This document shows positions 30,758-42,100 of a DNA stretch of 64,000 nucleotides, piece after piece (the first letter of the stretch is position 1; each line of letters starts with the position of its first letter). The stretch is taken from NCBI GenBank assembly GCA_963662895.1, contig OY759982.1, forward strand, positions 414,884 to 478,883. Reading direction: 5' to 3'. Source of the stretch: Prolixibacteraceae bacterium. GTDB lineage: Bacteria; Bacteroidota; Bacteroidia; Bacteroidales; Prolixibacteraceae. The notes beneath the pieces are model-generated. The model did not search any database, was not told the DNA's origin, and saw only the letters and a program-made list of their open reading frames with translations. The position numbers and the translations under genes are program-made.

Positions 30758-31450
30758 AAACTTTTTTCAATAAAAATATACACTTTCTTTTATCTGCGCA
30801 AAAAGATTGCGCAGTAGTAATTAACCTTTGTCCCATCAATTATGACAAAACGTTCTTTGAACCATTACAATATTGTGCAACTGGCACTAAAAATCTTCCT
30901 GAAAAAGAAGCATGGTAAAAAGCTGAAGGTATAAGCCCTGACAGGAGTTTCTGTATAGCTCCGTAGTGCGGCATTTGTTTCGAATGACCGTATGCTGCTT
31001 TGTCCAAGGTTGTTTTGCCACAACTTGTGTGTTGGGGGTTCGAATCCTCCTCCCAAATACGGGATAACTCAAAAGGTAGAGTAACAAGACCACCTCAGAA
31101 CTGCGTCTGGTAAACGCAACGGACTGTAAATCCAGCCAAAAAGAAGTCGGGCCCTTCTTTAAAAAAGCCTACCGAAAGTTGTGCCGGGAAAACCCGCCGC
31201 CCAGTTCATTTTAGATGAACAGGTGGCAGTTTTAAAGTGCCTGAGAGAAAGACAAAACCGATAACAACATTTGCTTTCCGGTTAAGCAACTTCATCAACG
31301 GACTTGGTTATAAACTCCTGATGCGGTCCCTGACCCAAAACCGAATGTTCACTTTCGAGGGATATCTTGCTTTCCGCTACGGAGAAATGGTTTTCCCCGC
31401 ACACTTTCCAAAAAGTGTAAACATTTTAACAAACATAAAAAAAACACGAC

Positions 31451-32551
31451 ATGAAAAGAATTAGAATCAACAAAGGAACAATCGGATTAGTATTCCGAAA
31501 AGGCGACTACAAACGTATCTTAACTGAAGGAATTCATTGGTTGGGAATCAATGAAAAGGTAACAGTTTATAATCTGGCTAAACCTTTCACTCCGGAAGTT
31601 GAACTGAACCTTTTGTTGGAAGATGCCGAACTGGCAAACCGTTTAAATGTAGTTGAAGTAAAAGACAATGAAATAGCCCTTCAATATATTGAAGAAAACT
31701 TCAAAAACGTACTGACACCGGGAAGATATGCCTTTTGGAAAGGAGTAACCAATTACTCATTCATAAAAGCAGACTTAAGCAAGATTGAAATTTCAGAAGA
31801 TATCCCGATGCAATTGTTACACAAACCGGAAGTGTTGCAGTATGTAAGGGTTTATGTAGTTGAATCCTATGAAAAAGGAGTTTTGATAATAAACGGAAAA
31901 ACTGATAAGGTTTTGGAAAAAGGAGTTTATTACTTCTGGAAAAATCCAATCCCAATTTCTGTAGTCAAGACCGATTTACGGCAACTGCAAATGGAAATCT
32001 CCGGTCAGGAAATCCTGACCAAAGATAAAGCTGCTTTGCGTGTGAATTTCTTTGTCCGCTACAAAACGGTTGATATCGACAAGGCTTTGTTTGAAAACAA
32101 AGAATTCGACAAGCAACTTTACGTGATGGTGCAACTGGCAATTCGCGAATTTATCGGAATGAATACCTTGGATGAATTGCTTGAACGCAAAACATCAATT
32201 TCAGAGTCGATACTTGAGACAATTGCCGCAAAAGCTGGCGAAATTGGTGTGGAAATTTTGGGTTGCGGAATTCGTGATATTATTTTACCCGGCGAGGTCA
32301 AAGATATCATGAACCAGGTACTGGTAGCAGAGAAAAAGGCTCAGGCCAACATCATTACCCGAAGGGAAGAAACAGCTTCGACCCGGAGTTTGCTGAACAC
32401 GGCCAAACTCATGGAAGAAAATACAATGCTGTTCAAACTGAAGGAAATGGAATACTTGGAAAAGATTACTGAAAAGGTAAACAACATCTCACTTTCCGGT
32501 GGTGGCCTTGTTTTAGACCAGTTGAAAGGATTGTTTGTTTCCCAAAAGTAA
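31451..32551 (+). CDS. SPFH/band-7 (stomatin/prohibitin-like) domain protein
   Basis: Band-7 core (LTKDKAALRVNFFVRYKTVD...ELLERKTSISESI...GVEILGCGIRDIILPGEV) followed by a coiled-coil tail. Confidence 0.7.
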   Translation: MKRIRINKGTIGLVFRKGDYKRILTEGIHWLGINEKVTVYNLAKPFTPEVELNLLLEDAELANRLNVVEVKDNEIALQYIEENFKNVLTPGRYAFWKGVTNYSFIKADLSKIEISEDIPMQLLHKPEVLQYVRVYVVESYEKGVLIINGKTDKVLEKGVYYFWKNPIPISVVKTDLRQLQMEISGQEILTKDKAALRVNFFVRYKTVDIDKALFENKEFDKQLYVMVQLAIREFIGMNTLDELLERKTSISESILETIAAKAGEIGVEILGCGIRDIILPGEVKDIMNQVLVAEKKAQANIITRREETASTRSLLNTAKLMEENTMLFKLKEMEYLEKITEKVNNISLSGGGLVLDQLKGLFVSQK

Positions 32552-32567
32552 AAACGTTATTTTTTAA

Positions 32568-33749
32568 TTGACAATTATGAAACAAGTAATATCAGAGGGA
32601 TGCAGAGTCCCGATAAAAATGTGGGTGAGCGATATTGAAGAGAATGCGTTGGCACAGGCCCGAAACCTGGCAAACCTTCCTTTTATTTTTAAACATGTCG
32701 CTTTAATGCCTGATTGTCATTCTGGTTACGGAATGCCTATCGGTGGGGTTATTGCCACCCAAGGTGTGATTATCCCCAACGCGGTTGGAGTTGACATTGG
32801 ATGCGGCATGTGTGCAGTTAAAACATCGCTGAATGAAATCAACACAGATGTACTGAAAACAGTCATGTCAGGAATTCGTGAATTGGTGCCATTGGGTTTT
32901 GACCATCATAAACAGGCTCAGGATGAAAGTCTGATGCCTTCAGTTGAAAATGTGCCTGAGCTAGGGATTGTTCGACGGCAATATACAGCAGCCAAAAAAC
33001 AAATTGGTACATTAGGTGGAGGTAATCACTTTATTGAAATACAGAAAGGTTCTGATGGACATATCTGGATAATGATTCATTCCGGGAGTCGGAATATAGG
33101 AATGAAAGTGGCCGAACACTATAACAAAGTGGCCATTCATCTTAACGAACGCTGGCATTCGTCTGTCGATAAAAAGCAAGACCTTGCATTCTTGCCCATA
33201 GAAACTCAGGAAGCAAAGGACTACTTTGCAGAAATGCAGTATTGTGTCGATTTTGCCTTTGCCAATCGATTGCTAATGATGGAGCGCATCAAATCGGTAT
33301 TTACATCAGTTATTGGCGAGAACTTTTCTGCCCTCGAATTTATCAACATCGCCCATAACTATGCCCGTTGGGAATCACATTTTGGCACCAATGTTATTGT
33401 ACACCGAAAAGGAGCTACCAGCGCCCGAGAGGGAGAAGTAGGTATTATTCCTGGCTCGCAGGGAACAAAAAGTTATATCGTTATGGGAAAAAGAAATACT
33501 GAAAGCTTTCAAAGTTGTTCGCACGGGGCCGGACGTACAATGGGCAGAAAACAAGCCCAACGTGAATTGGTGTTGGAGGAAGAAATTGAAAAACTCAATA
33601 ACAAAGGAATTGTCCATTCCATCCGCAATACACGCGACCTGGATGAAGCTCCCGGAGCTTACAAAAACATCGATGTTGTGATGGGAAACCAAGCTGATTT
33701 GGTCGATGTTCTGGTAGAATTAAGCCCGTTGGCAGTGATTAAGGGATAA
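32568..33749 (+). CDS. rtcB: RNA-splicing ligase RtcB
   Basis: Metal-binding and GMP-His region motifs MPDCHSGYG, GGGNHFIEIQ, HSGSRNIG, AHNYA and SCSHGAGR. Confidence 0.9.
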   Translation: MTIMKQVISEGCRVPIKMWVSDIEENALAQARNLANLPFIFKHVALMPDCHSGYGMPIGGVIATQGVIIPNAVGVDIGCGMCAVKTSLNEINTDVLKTVMSGIRELVPLGFDHHKQAQDESLMPSVENVPELGIVRRQYTAAKKQIGTLGGGNHFIEIQKGSDGHIWIMIHSGSRNIGMKVAEHYNKVAIHLNERWHSSVDKKQDLAFLPIETQEAKDYFAEMQYCVDFAFANRLLMMERIKSVFTSVIGENFSALEFINIAHNYARWESHFGTNVIVHRKGATSAREGEVGIIPGSQGTKSYIVMGKRNTESFQSCSHGAGRTMGRKQAQRELVLEEEIEKLNNKGIVHSIRNTRDLDEAPGAYKNIDVVMGNQADLVDVLVELSPLAVIKG

Positions 33750-34107
33750 TATTGTACTTTTGTTAGTTCCAGATGATTGCTATCTATCTTTGTTCATTTA
33801 GTGAGTTTGCATGTGCTTCCACCTTGGGCGGATTTAGCAGGATTGCTAGTTTCGATTAAAGACGTTATCTATAACGTGGGAATATTATTTATTAACCTTA
33901 AAAATGGACTGTGTATGAAAACAAATATAATGAAATCAATATATAAAGCTAAGCTGGTGTGGAACATGGTGGACTAAAACAGACACACTTGCAGGACAAA
34001 GAGAACCATAATAGGAGCATATGTTCCACCACCAGTTTTCATTTATAAATTAATCCGTTTCATTAAACTAAGATGTCTCCCAAAAGTTTTAACTCAGTTA
34101 TAAAATG

Positions 34108-34135
34108 GTTCGAATTTTGTCCCGGTGGGATCACT
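34108..34135 (+). repeat. attR-like direct repeat of the tRNA-Arg 3' end (T-loop + acceptor 3' strand, 5-nt insertion)
   Basis: ggttcgaat-tttgt-cccggtgggatcac versus tRNA ggttcgaat-cccggtgggatcac. Confidence 0.5.
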
Positions 34136-34177
34136 AAAAGCCTCTAATTATTTAACAATTAGAGGCTTTTGATTTTT
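34136..34177 (+). terminator. Strong hairpin terminator (14-bp stem AAAAGCCTCTAATT / AATTAGAGGCTTTT, 7-nt loop, T-tract), potentially bidirectional
   Basis: Perfect inverted repeat with A-tract upstream and TTTTGATTTTT downstream. Confidence 0.6.
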
Positions 34178-34700
34178 ACTGTCCTCAAACCGGACGGGCT
34201 GATTCTTTTTCCCTCCAGTTGGGAAAAGGATCCAAAAAGAGCCGCCGCTGAGGAGAAAAAACTAAAAAATCTTCCAAATTCCTCTCTGCGTTCGTCAAAC
34301 AGGAAGATTTTTTAACGCTCACTCCATCGATTTTCAACGAGATTTCACCCCATACCCCTAAAGGGGCAACTCGTTGAAAATCACCACGCCCTTTAGGGAT
34401 GGGGTTCCTGGTGATTTTCATTAGTAATACTTTCGCTTCTCGAACATTAAAGTGAAGTAATATGCAACACGAAGACGATATGATTGACCAAATTTTTGAA
34501 CGGCATTGCCGACGACAAAATGATATAAACCTTACTTTTGTAAATATGCGGAGAATAATTTTTTAAACAGATAAAATATCAACCATCTTTGCAAAAGATA
34601 TTTATCCTGAATATTTTTGTTCACATAAAGCTATTTCGGGTCAATTATACTGCCATTCGGTATTCCTGTTTAAAGCTCACTATAAAAAAATTTAACAGAG

Positions 34701-35747
34701 ATGGTTAATTCTAAGTTTCAGGGACTGTTGAAAAATCCGTTAAAAGTATTTTTTTTGTTGGGGACATTAACGGCTGGTATTGGGGCAATTATTGATATAA
34801 TAAAAATGTATACGGTACATGAAATGTTTAGTGTATATGTGGATATATTTTATTTAATCTCTTTTACCGTGAGTGTTATCATATATGTCAGGAATAAAAG
34901 CAATATCCGTTTGTCATCGGTAATTTTTATTTCTACGTTGGTGTCGGGCTTTGTAATAACTAATATATTCCTGCATGTTAATCACATGCGGCCATACTCA
35001 TTTTTACAGGATACTACATTTTATATAATGATAATAACGGTTACCGGAGCTTTTTTCCCCGGTATATACGTTATTATACTTGATATTATTTACTGTATTA
35101 CTCTTATATCACTGTGGTTTTTATCAGGAGATAAACTCGGAGATATAAATATTCTGTTTTTGCTTATTGTCATGACAGGCTATTCATGTGCGATTGTATT
35201 GTTTCCTAAAAAATTAAGAAATGCATTTACAGAAAACGAAGAACTTCATGCCCTGGTTGCCCGAAAGGATAAAGAACTGCTGGAGAAAGAAAACCTAAGG
35301 ATAGCCGGGGAAGTGAAGCTGTTACAGGAAACCGTTGATATTAAAAACCGTGAATTGGTAAGCCGGGCTCTGATTTTGACCGGACACAAGGAAAAAAACG
35401 CCCGTTTGGCAAAACAACTTAAAAAGATTGAAACCAACCAGACAGAGGAATTAAATAACATAATACACGGTCTGCAAACAGAAGATACCGCCTATTGGAA
35501 AGAATTCCGGGTAAGGTTTAATGATGTACACAAAGACTTTTATACGAATATTAAAGCCGATTTCCCCAATCTCACCACAGGGGAAATAAAACTCGCTGCT
35601 TTTATTAAATTAAAACTTTCGTCAAAAGAAATAGCCATTCTTACCAACACAACCAAAGCCGGGATAAATGTGTCCCGCTCCCGCCTCAGGAAGAAACTAA
35701 AAATGGATAACAAGAATAATTTCGTTGACTTCCTGGATAAATATTAA
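34701..35747 (+). CDS. Membrane-anchored LuxR/GerE-type HTH regulator (5 predicted TM helices + coiled coil + C-terminal HTH)
   Basis: N-terminal hydrophobic helices and a coiled-coil middle. The C-terminal LTTGEIKLAAFIKLKLSSKEIAILTNTTKAGINVSRSRLRKKL matches the LuxR-type HTH pattern. Confidence 0.55.
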   Translation: MVNSKFQGLLKNPLKVFFLLGTLTAGIGAIIDIIKMYTVHEMFSVYVDIFYLISFTVSVIIYVRNKSNIRLSSVIFISTLVSGFVITNIFLHVNHMRPYSFLQDTTFYIMIITVTGAFFPGIYVIILDIIYCITLISLWFLSGDKLGDINILFLLIVMTGYSCAIVLFPKKLRNAFTENEELHALVARKDKELLEKENLRIAGEVKLLQETVDIKNRELVSRALILTGHKEKNARLAKQLKKIETNQTEELNNIIHGLQTEDTAYWKEFRVRFNDVHKDFYTNIKADFPNLTTGEIKLAAFIKLKLSSKEIAILTNTTKAGINVSRSRLRKKLKMDNKNNFVDFLDKY

Positions 35748-35765
35748 CCTGCTTTTTCTCCTGGG

Positions 35766-35802
35766 TCCCTCTCCTGTGAGGAGCTGTGAAGAGAGGCTTT
35801 TT
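35766..35802 (+). terminator. Terminator-like GC-rich hairpin (CCTCTC...GAGAGG) followed by CTTTTTT
   Basis: Inverted repeat plus T-tract directly after the LuxR-like gene's stop. Confidence 0.4.
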
Positions 35803-36106
35803 ATACTTCCAAAAAACTTTTCAATGCTAATCATTTGCTAAGGTGTATTTTTTTGTAAGAAAAAACATCACCCTTACTTTAGCTCCTGTTCTGTTGAATA
35901 TACGTGTTATGCACCGGTTGGATTGTCAATAGAGATGCTTCACTCCGCATGACAAAAAAAAATTGACATGACAGATTTAATTCTTTGACCCAATCAGTTG
36001 CAAAAAACTATTTGATTATACAACTATCAGGCTCAAAGCAATTGACACGACACTAAGGTATTTTGAAACAAATAAAAAACGAAACAGAAAATATAAAAAC
36101 ATACAA

Positions 36107-39100
36107 ATGAACTACAATAACAAACCTGTAGAAACTATAAAGTCCCCTTCAGAGAATCGAAGACCAGCGTTAGCTAATTTAGGGGTAGAACAAGCAGTAA
36201 CCCAAACTCCCCCCCTTAGGGGGTTAGGGGGTATTATTTTACTGTTCCTATGCAGCATTTTTACTCTGCACGCACAAACAGTCACCGCACCTTCCGGCAG
36301 CGGAACAGAAGGCGACCCCTACCAAATTGCCGCACTTGATAATTTGTACTGGTTGTCGCAGACTTCTTCTGCCTGGGGCAGCTATTTTATCCAGACAGCC
36401 GACATCAATGCCTCTGCAACAACCGGATGGAACTCCGGCAGCGGCTTTTCGCCCATTGGCAATAGTACAACAAACTTCACCGGGCATTACAACGGTGCCG
36501 GGCATACCATCACCGGGCTGTACATCAGCCGCTCTTCAACAGACTATGTCGGGCTGTTTGGAGATACCGACAATGCGAAAATCGACAGCCTCGGCGTCGT
36601 AAACTGCGACATTTCGGGAGATGATTGTGTCGGCGGTCTTGTGGGGAGACAATATAAATCTACGGTGAACAACAGCTACAGCACCGGTGGCGTTTCGGGG
36701 GATACTTCTGTTGGTGGCCTGGTGGGGAGGCATCAATACACCACGATAAACAACAGCTACAGCACGGGTAGCGTTTCGGGAGATGATTGTGTCGGCGGTC
36801 TTGTGGGGGAAAATTTCTGGGGTTGCACGGTGAGCAGCAGCTACAGTGTCGGCAGCGTATCAGGTGTTACGAATGTCGGCGGCCTGGTGGGGGAAGATAA
36901 TGGTGACTGCACGGTGAGCAATTGTTACTGGAATACCGAAACCAGCGGGCAAATTTCAAGTACCGGGGGTATCGGATTAACCACCGCCCAAATGAAACAG
37001 CAAAGCAGTTTCAGCAACTGGGATTTTGATGCTAACTGGGAAATAACCAACGGGAAAACCTTTCCCCGCTTACGCGATGTGTACGATTACCCGATGCTTT
37101 TGCCAAAGCCAACCGCAATAGCACAAAAAGGGGCCTTGTACACCGACACCCCGGCAGTACCGATGGATTATGAAATACAGCTTACCTTAAAAGATTATCC
37201 CACGGGCATGACAGTGCAAAACGGTTCCATCATCACCTGGACACCGGAAAGTGCCGGCACATATACCTTTACCGTACAAGTTGAAGACACGGAAGGGAAA
37301 ATCACAGAATGTACCTACACAATTATAGTCATTGCTTTCCCGGGTGCAGGTGCCGGAACAAAAGAAAACCCTTTTGAAATAGCCACGCTTGAAGACTTAC
37401 AATTCCTTTCGGAAAACAGCGATGGTCTCTGGAACGGTAATTTCTATTTTATCCAGACAGCCGGTATTGATGCCTCCGCAACAACCGGATGGAACGAAGG
37501 CAGCGGCTTTTCACCCATTGGCAATAGTACAACAAATTTCACCGGGCATTACAACGGTGCCGGGCATACCATCACCGGGCTGTACATCAGCCGCTCTTCA
37601 ACAGACTATGTCGGGCTGTTTGGCTATACCAACAACGCGGGAATTGACAGCCTCGGTATTATCAATTGCAATGTTACGGGAAATGCGTATGCCGGCGGCC
37701 TGGTGGGGAATTGTTATTACTCGGAAGTAAACAACTGCTACGCCACCGGTACCGTAACAGGTGCAGGCAGTGTAAGCGGGGCAGGGAGCAAGGCAGGCGG
37801 CCTGGCAGGATGCAGCTCATCCTCGGAAATAAGTAACAGTTATGCATCCGTTACCGTAACCGGTGTGGGCGATTACGTAGGCGGCCTGGTGGGGCACAAT
37901 TACGAAGCAACAGAAAGTAACTGCTATGCCACCGGCAGCGTGACAGGGGAAGGCAATTATACCGGCGGCCTGGTGGGGCGCAGTACCGATTCCGAAGTGA
38001 ACTATTGTTATTCCACCGGCCTTGTAACCGGTTCCGGCAGCTCCGTTGGCGGCCTGGTGGGCGACAATTACCCCTATCTTGGCACTTCCACTGTAAACAA
38101 TTGTTACTGGGACACCCAAACCAGCGGGCAAAGCACAGGCGACGGCGGTACCGGCCTGACCACTGCCCAAATGAAACAGCAAAACAATTTCAGCGGCTGG
38201 GATTTTGACAATACCTGGGAAATAACCAACGGGAAAACCTTTCCCCGCTTGCGCAATGTGTACGATTACCCGGTAATTCTTCCAATAGCAACAGTCGCAC
38301 AAAGAGGCACCCTGTACACCGATACCATACAGATAGTATCTATGGATTATGAAATACAGTCTGTTACGCTGGCAGATAACCCTGAAGGTATGCTATTGCA
38401 AAACGGTTCTGTCATTACCTGGACAGCGCCGGACAACATCGGTACATGTACCTTTACCGTACGGGCCGAAGACACGGAAGGGGCAACCGTGGAATACAGC
38501 TATACAATTAAAGTTATCATTAGTGGTGAGGGAACAAACGGGAACCCATATGAAATTGCCACCCTTGAAGATTTAAAATTTCTTTCGGAAAACAGCGCTT
38601 ACTGGGGCAGCTATTTTATCCAGACAGCCGATATCGATGCCTCTGCAACAACGGAATGGAACGGCGGCAGCGGCTTTTCTCCCATCGGGAATAGTACAAC
38701 AAACTTTACCGGGCATTATAACGGCGCCGGGCATATTATCAGCAATTTATACATCAACCGTCCATCCACGGATAACATCGGTTTGTTCGGTTATACCAAC
38801 GGTGCTGAAATCGACAGCCTCGGTATTGCTGATTGCAATATCACAGGGAAATCTTATACCGGAGGCTTAACAGGAAGAGATAACAATTCTGCCATTACAA
38901 ACAGTTATGTAGCGGGAACGGTGTCAGGAACAGATCAGGTTGGCGGGCTAATAGGATATACGGAAAATACAACCATTACCAACAGTTATGCAACAGGAAC
39001 GGTATCGGGTAATAATTATGTTGGCGGTTTGACCGGACAGAACAGGGTTTCTTCAACCATTACCAACTGCTATTCCGCCGCAAATGTATCGGGACATAGT

Positions 39101-42100
39101 GTGACCGGCGGCCTGGTGGGGTATAATGTTGCATCATCGGCCATCAGTAATAGTTACGCCACCGGCAGTGTTTTAGGGTCAGGTAGTAAAATAGGCGGCT
39201 TGGTGGGGCATAATAACTCCTCTACTGTCAGCAACTGCTATTATAACAGCGAAACCAGCGGGCAAAGTAATGGGATTGGCGATGACAACAACAGCCAGTT
39301 CGTAACCGGTTTGACCACGGCCCAAATGAAACAGCAAAACAGTTTTAGCGGATGGGATTTTGATAATACCTGGGAAATAACCAATGGGAAAACCTTTCCC
39401 CGCTTGCGCAATGTGTACGATTACCCGGTAATTTTGTCAAAAGCAACAATCACAATACAAAAAGGTGTCCTCTACAGTACCATACCGGCAGTACAGATGG
39501 ATTATGAAATACAGCTTACCTTAACAGACTATCCTGCGGGTATGGTAGTTCAGGACGATTCCCTTATTATCTGGACACCGGGCAACACAGGTACCTACAC
39601 CTTTACCGTACGGGTTGAAGACACCGAAGGGGCAACAACAGAATGCAGTTATACAATTAAAGTCATCTATTTCCCGACGGCAGGTGCCGGGACAAAAGAA
39701 AACCCTTTTGAAATAGCAACACTTGAAGACTTACAATTTCTTTCGGAAAACAGCGATGATTTCTGGAACGGTAATTTCTATTTTATCCAGACAGCCGGTA
39801 TTGATGCCTCCGCAACAACCGGATGGAACGGCGGCAGCGGCTTTTCTCCCATCGGGAATAGTACAACAAACTTTACCGGGCATTATAACGGCGCCGGGCA
39901 TACCATCACCGGTTTGTATATTAACAGTCCTTCAACCGATGTCGGACTGTTTGGCTATACCAACGGGGCTGTGATCGACAGCCTCGGTATTGCTAATTGC
40001 GATATTACGGGAGATTCGGGAAATAAAAATGTCGGAGGCCTGGTGGGATATACTCTCTCCTCGGAAGTGAATAACTGCTATGTAACCGGCTATGTAACCG
40101 GGGCAGGAATCAGTACCGGTGGCCTGACAGGGTGCAACAAATCCTCTGAAATGAATAACTGTTATACTGCCGTTATTGTAACCGGGGCAAATGAATACGT
40201 TGGCGGCCTGGTGGGGCACAACTCCAACGCAACGGAAAACAACTGCTATGCTACCGGCAACGTAACAGGCTCAGACGGTTATACCGGCGGTTTAGTGGGG
40301 CGCAGTACCGATTCTGAGGTAAATAACTGCTATGCTACCGGCCAGGTAACCGGTTCCGGGAGTTCCGTTGGTGGCTTGGTGGGGAATAATTATAATTTCT
40401 CAGGAGCTTCGACGATAAATAGCAGCTATTATAACAGTGAAACCAGCGGGCAAAGCAATGGGATTGGCGGGGACAACAATAGCCAGAGTGTAACCGGACT
40501 GACCACTGCCGAAATGAAGCAGCAAAACAATTTTAGCGGCTGGGATTTTGACAATACCTGGGAAATAACCAACGGGAAAACCTTTCCCCGCTTGCGCAAT
40601 GTGTACGATTACCCGATGCTTTTGCCAAAGCCAACCGCAATAGCACAAAAAGGGGCCTTGTACACCGACACCCCGGCAGTACCGATGGATTATGAAATAC
40701 AGCTTACCTTAAAAGATTATCCCACGGGCATGACAGTGCAAAACGGTTCCATCATCACCTGGACACCGGAAAGTGCCGGCACATATACCTTTACCGTACA
40801 AGTTGAAGACACGGAAGGGGCAAAAACCGCAGAATGTACCTACACAATTATAGTCATTGCTTTCCCGGGTGCAGGTGCCGGAACAAAAGAAAACCCTTTT
40901 GAAATAGCCACGCTTGAAGACTTACAATTCCTTTCGGAAAACAGCGATGGTTTCTGGAACGGTAATTTCTATTTTATCCAGACAGCCGGTATTGATGCCT
41001 CCGCAACAACCGGATGGAACGAAGGCAGCGGCTTTTCACCCATTGGCAATAGTACAACAAACTTCACCGGGCATTATAACGGCGCCGGGCATACCATTAC
41101 CGGGCTGTACATTAATCGTCCATCCACGAATAACATCGGACTGTTTGGCTATACCAACGGGGCTGTAATCGACAGCCTCGGTATTGCTAATTGCGATATT
41201 ACGGGAGATTCGGGAAATAAAAATGTCGGAGGCCTGGTGGGATATACTCTCTCCTCGGAAGTGAATAACTGCTATGTAACCGGCTATGTAACCGGGGCAG
41301 GAATCAGTACCGGTGGCCTGACAGGGTGCAACAAATCCTCTGAAATGAATAACTGTTATACTGCCGTTATTGTAACCGGGGCAAATGAATACGTTGGCGG
41401 CCTGGTGGGGCACAACTCCAACGCAACGGAAAACAACTGCTATGCTACCGGCAACGTAACAGGCTCAGACGGTTATACCGGCGGTTTAGTGGGGCGCAGT
41501 ACCGATTCTGAGGTAAATAACTGCTATGCTACCGGCCAGGTAACCGGTTCCGGGAGTTCCGTTGGTGGCTTGGTGGGGAATAATTATAATTTCTCAGGAG
41601 TTTCGACGATAAATAGCAGCTATTATAACAGTGAAACCAGCGGGCAAAGCAATGGGATTGGCGGGGACAACAATAGCCAGAGTGTAACCGGACTGACCAC
41701 TGCCGAAATGAAACAGCAAAACAGTTTCAGCAACTGGGATTTTGATAATACCTGGGAAATAACCAACGGGAAAACCTTTCCCCGTTTGCGCAATGTGTAC
41801 GATTACCCGGTGATTTTGTCAAAAGCACCGGTCACAATACAAAAAGGCGCCCTTTACACCGGTACCATACCGGCAGTACCCATGGATTATGAAATACAGC
41901 TTATCTTAACAGATTCCCCTGAGGGGATGGTAGTTCAGGACGATTCCCTTATTATCTGGACACCGGGCAATACAGGTACCTACACCTTTACCGTACGGGT
42001 TGAAGACACAGAAGGGGCAAAAACCGCAGAATGCACCTATACAATTAAAGTCATCTATTTTCCGACGGCAGGTGCCGGGACAAAAGAAAACCCTTTTGAA

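Larger units (their letters stand above)
29002..34135. mobile_element. Putative integrase-less genomic islet. It is bounded by tRNA-Arg (attL) and a direct repeat of the tRNA 3' end (attR); cargo is a WYL regulator, SPFH and RtcB.
   Basis: An exact 15-nt repeat tcccggtgggatcac of the tRNA 3' end lies at 34121-34135, preceded by ggttcgaat (T-loop) with a 5-nt insertion. Confidence 0.45.

Noticed and set aside
30760-31450. tmRNA or RNase P RNA in the 690-nt non-coding gap containing GGGGGTTCGAATCCTCC
   Set aside because: No matching 5' acceptor strand (TTTGGGA) and no tag-peptide reading frame were found. There is no AGGAAAGTCCGG-type RNase P P4 sequence on either strand. Only an isolated T-arm-like fragment is supportable.
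29002-34135. Calling the tRNA-flanked islet an intact integrative element or prophage
   Set aside because: No integrase, excisionase, or phage or conjugation genes lie between the repeats. Only the att-like repeat architecture is supportable, so it is described as an integrase-less islet or remnant.
34185-34421. 78-aa minus-strand ORF overlapping the interleaved inverted repeats
   Set aside because: No recognisable motifs. It is embedded in a highly structured, repeat-rich non-coding region and is more likely a chance ORF than a gene.
36211-36235. CCCCCCCTTAGGGGGTTAGGGGG run at the 5' end of the giant gene as a slippage or phase-variation tract
   Set aside because: It encodes PPLRGLGG within the signal-peptide N-region. 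It is short and interrupted rather than a homopolymeric tract, so there is no clear evidence of a phase-variation switch.
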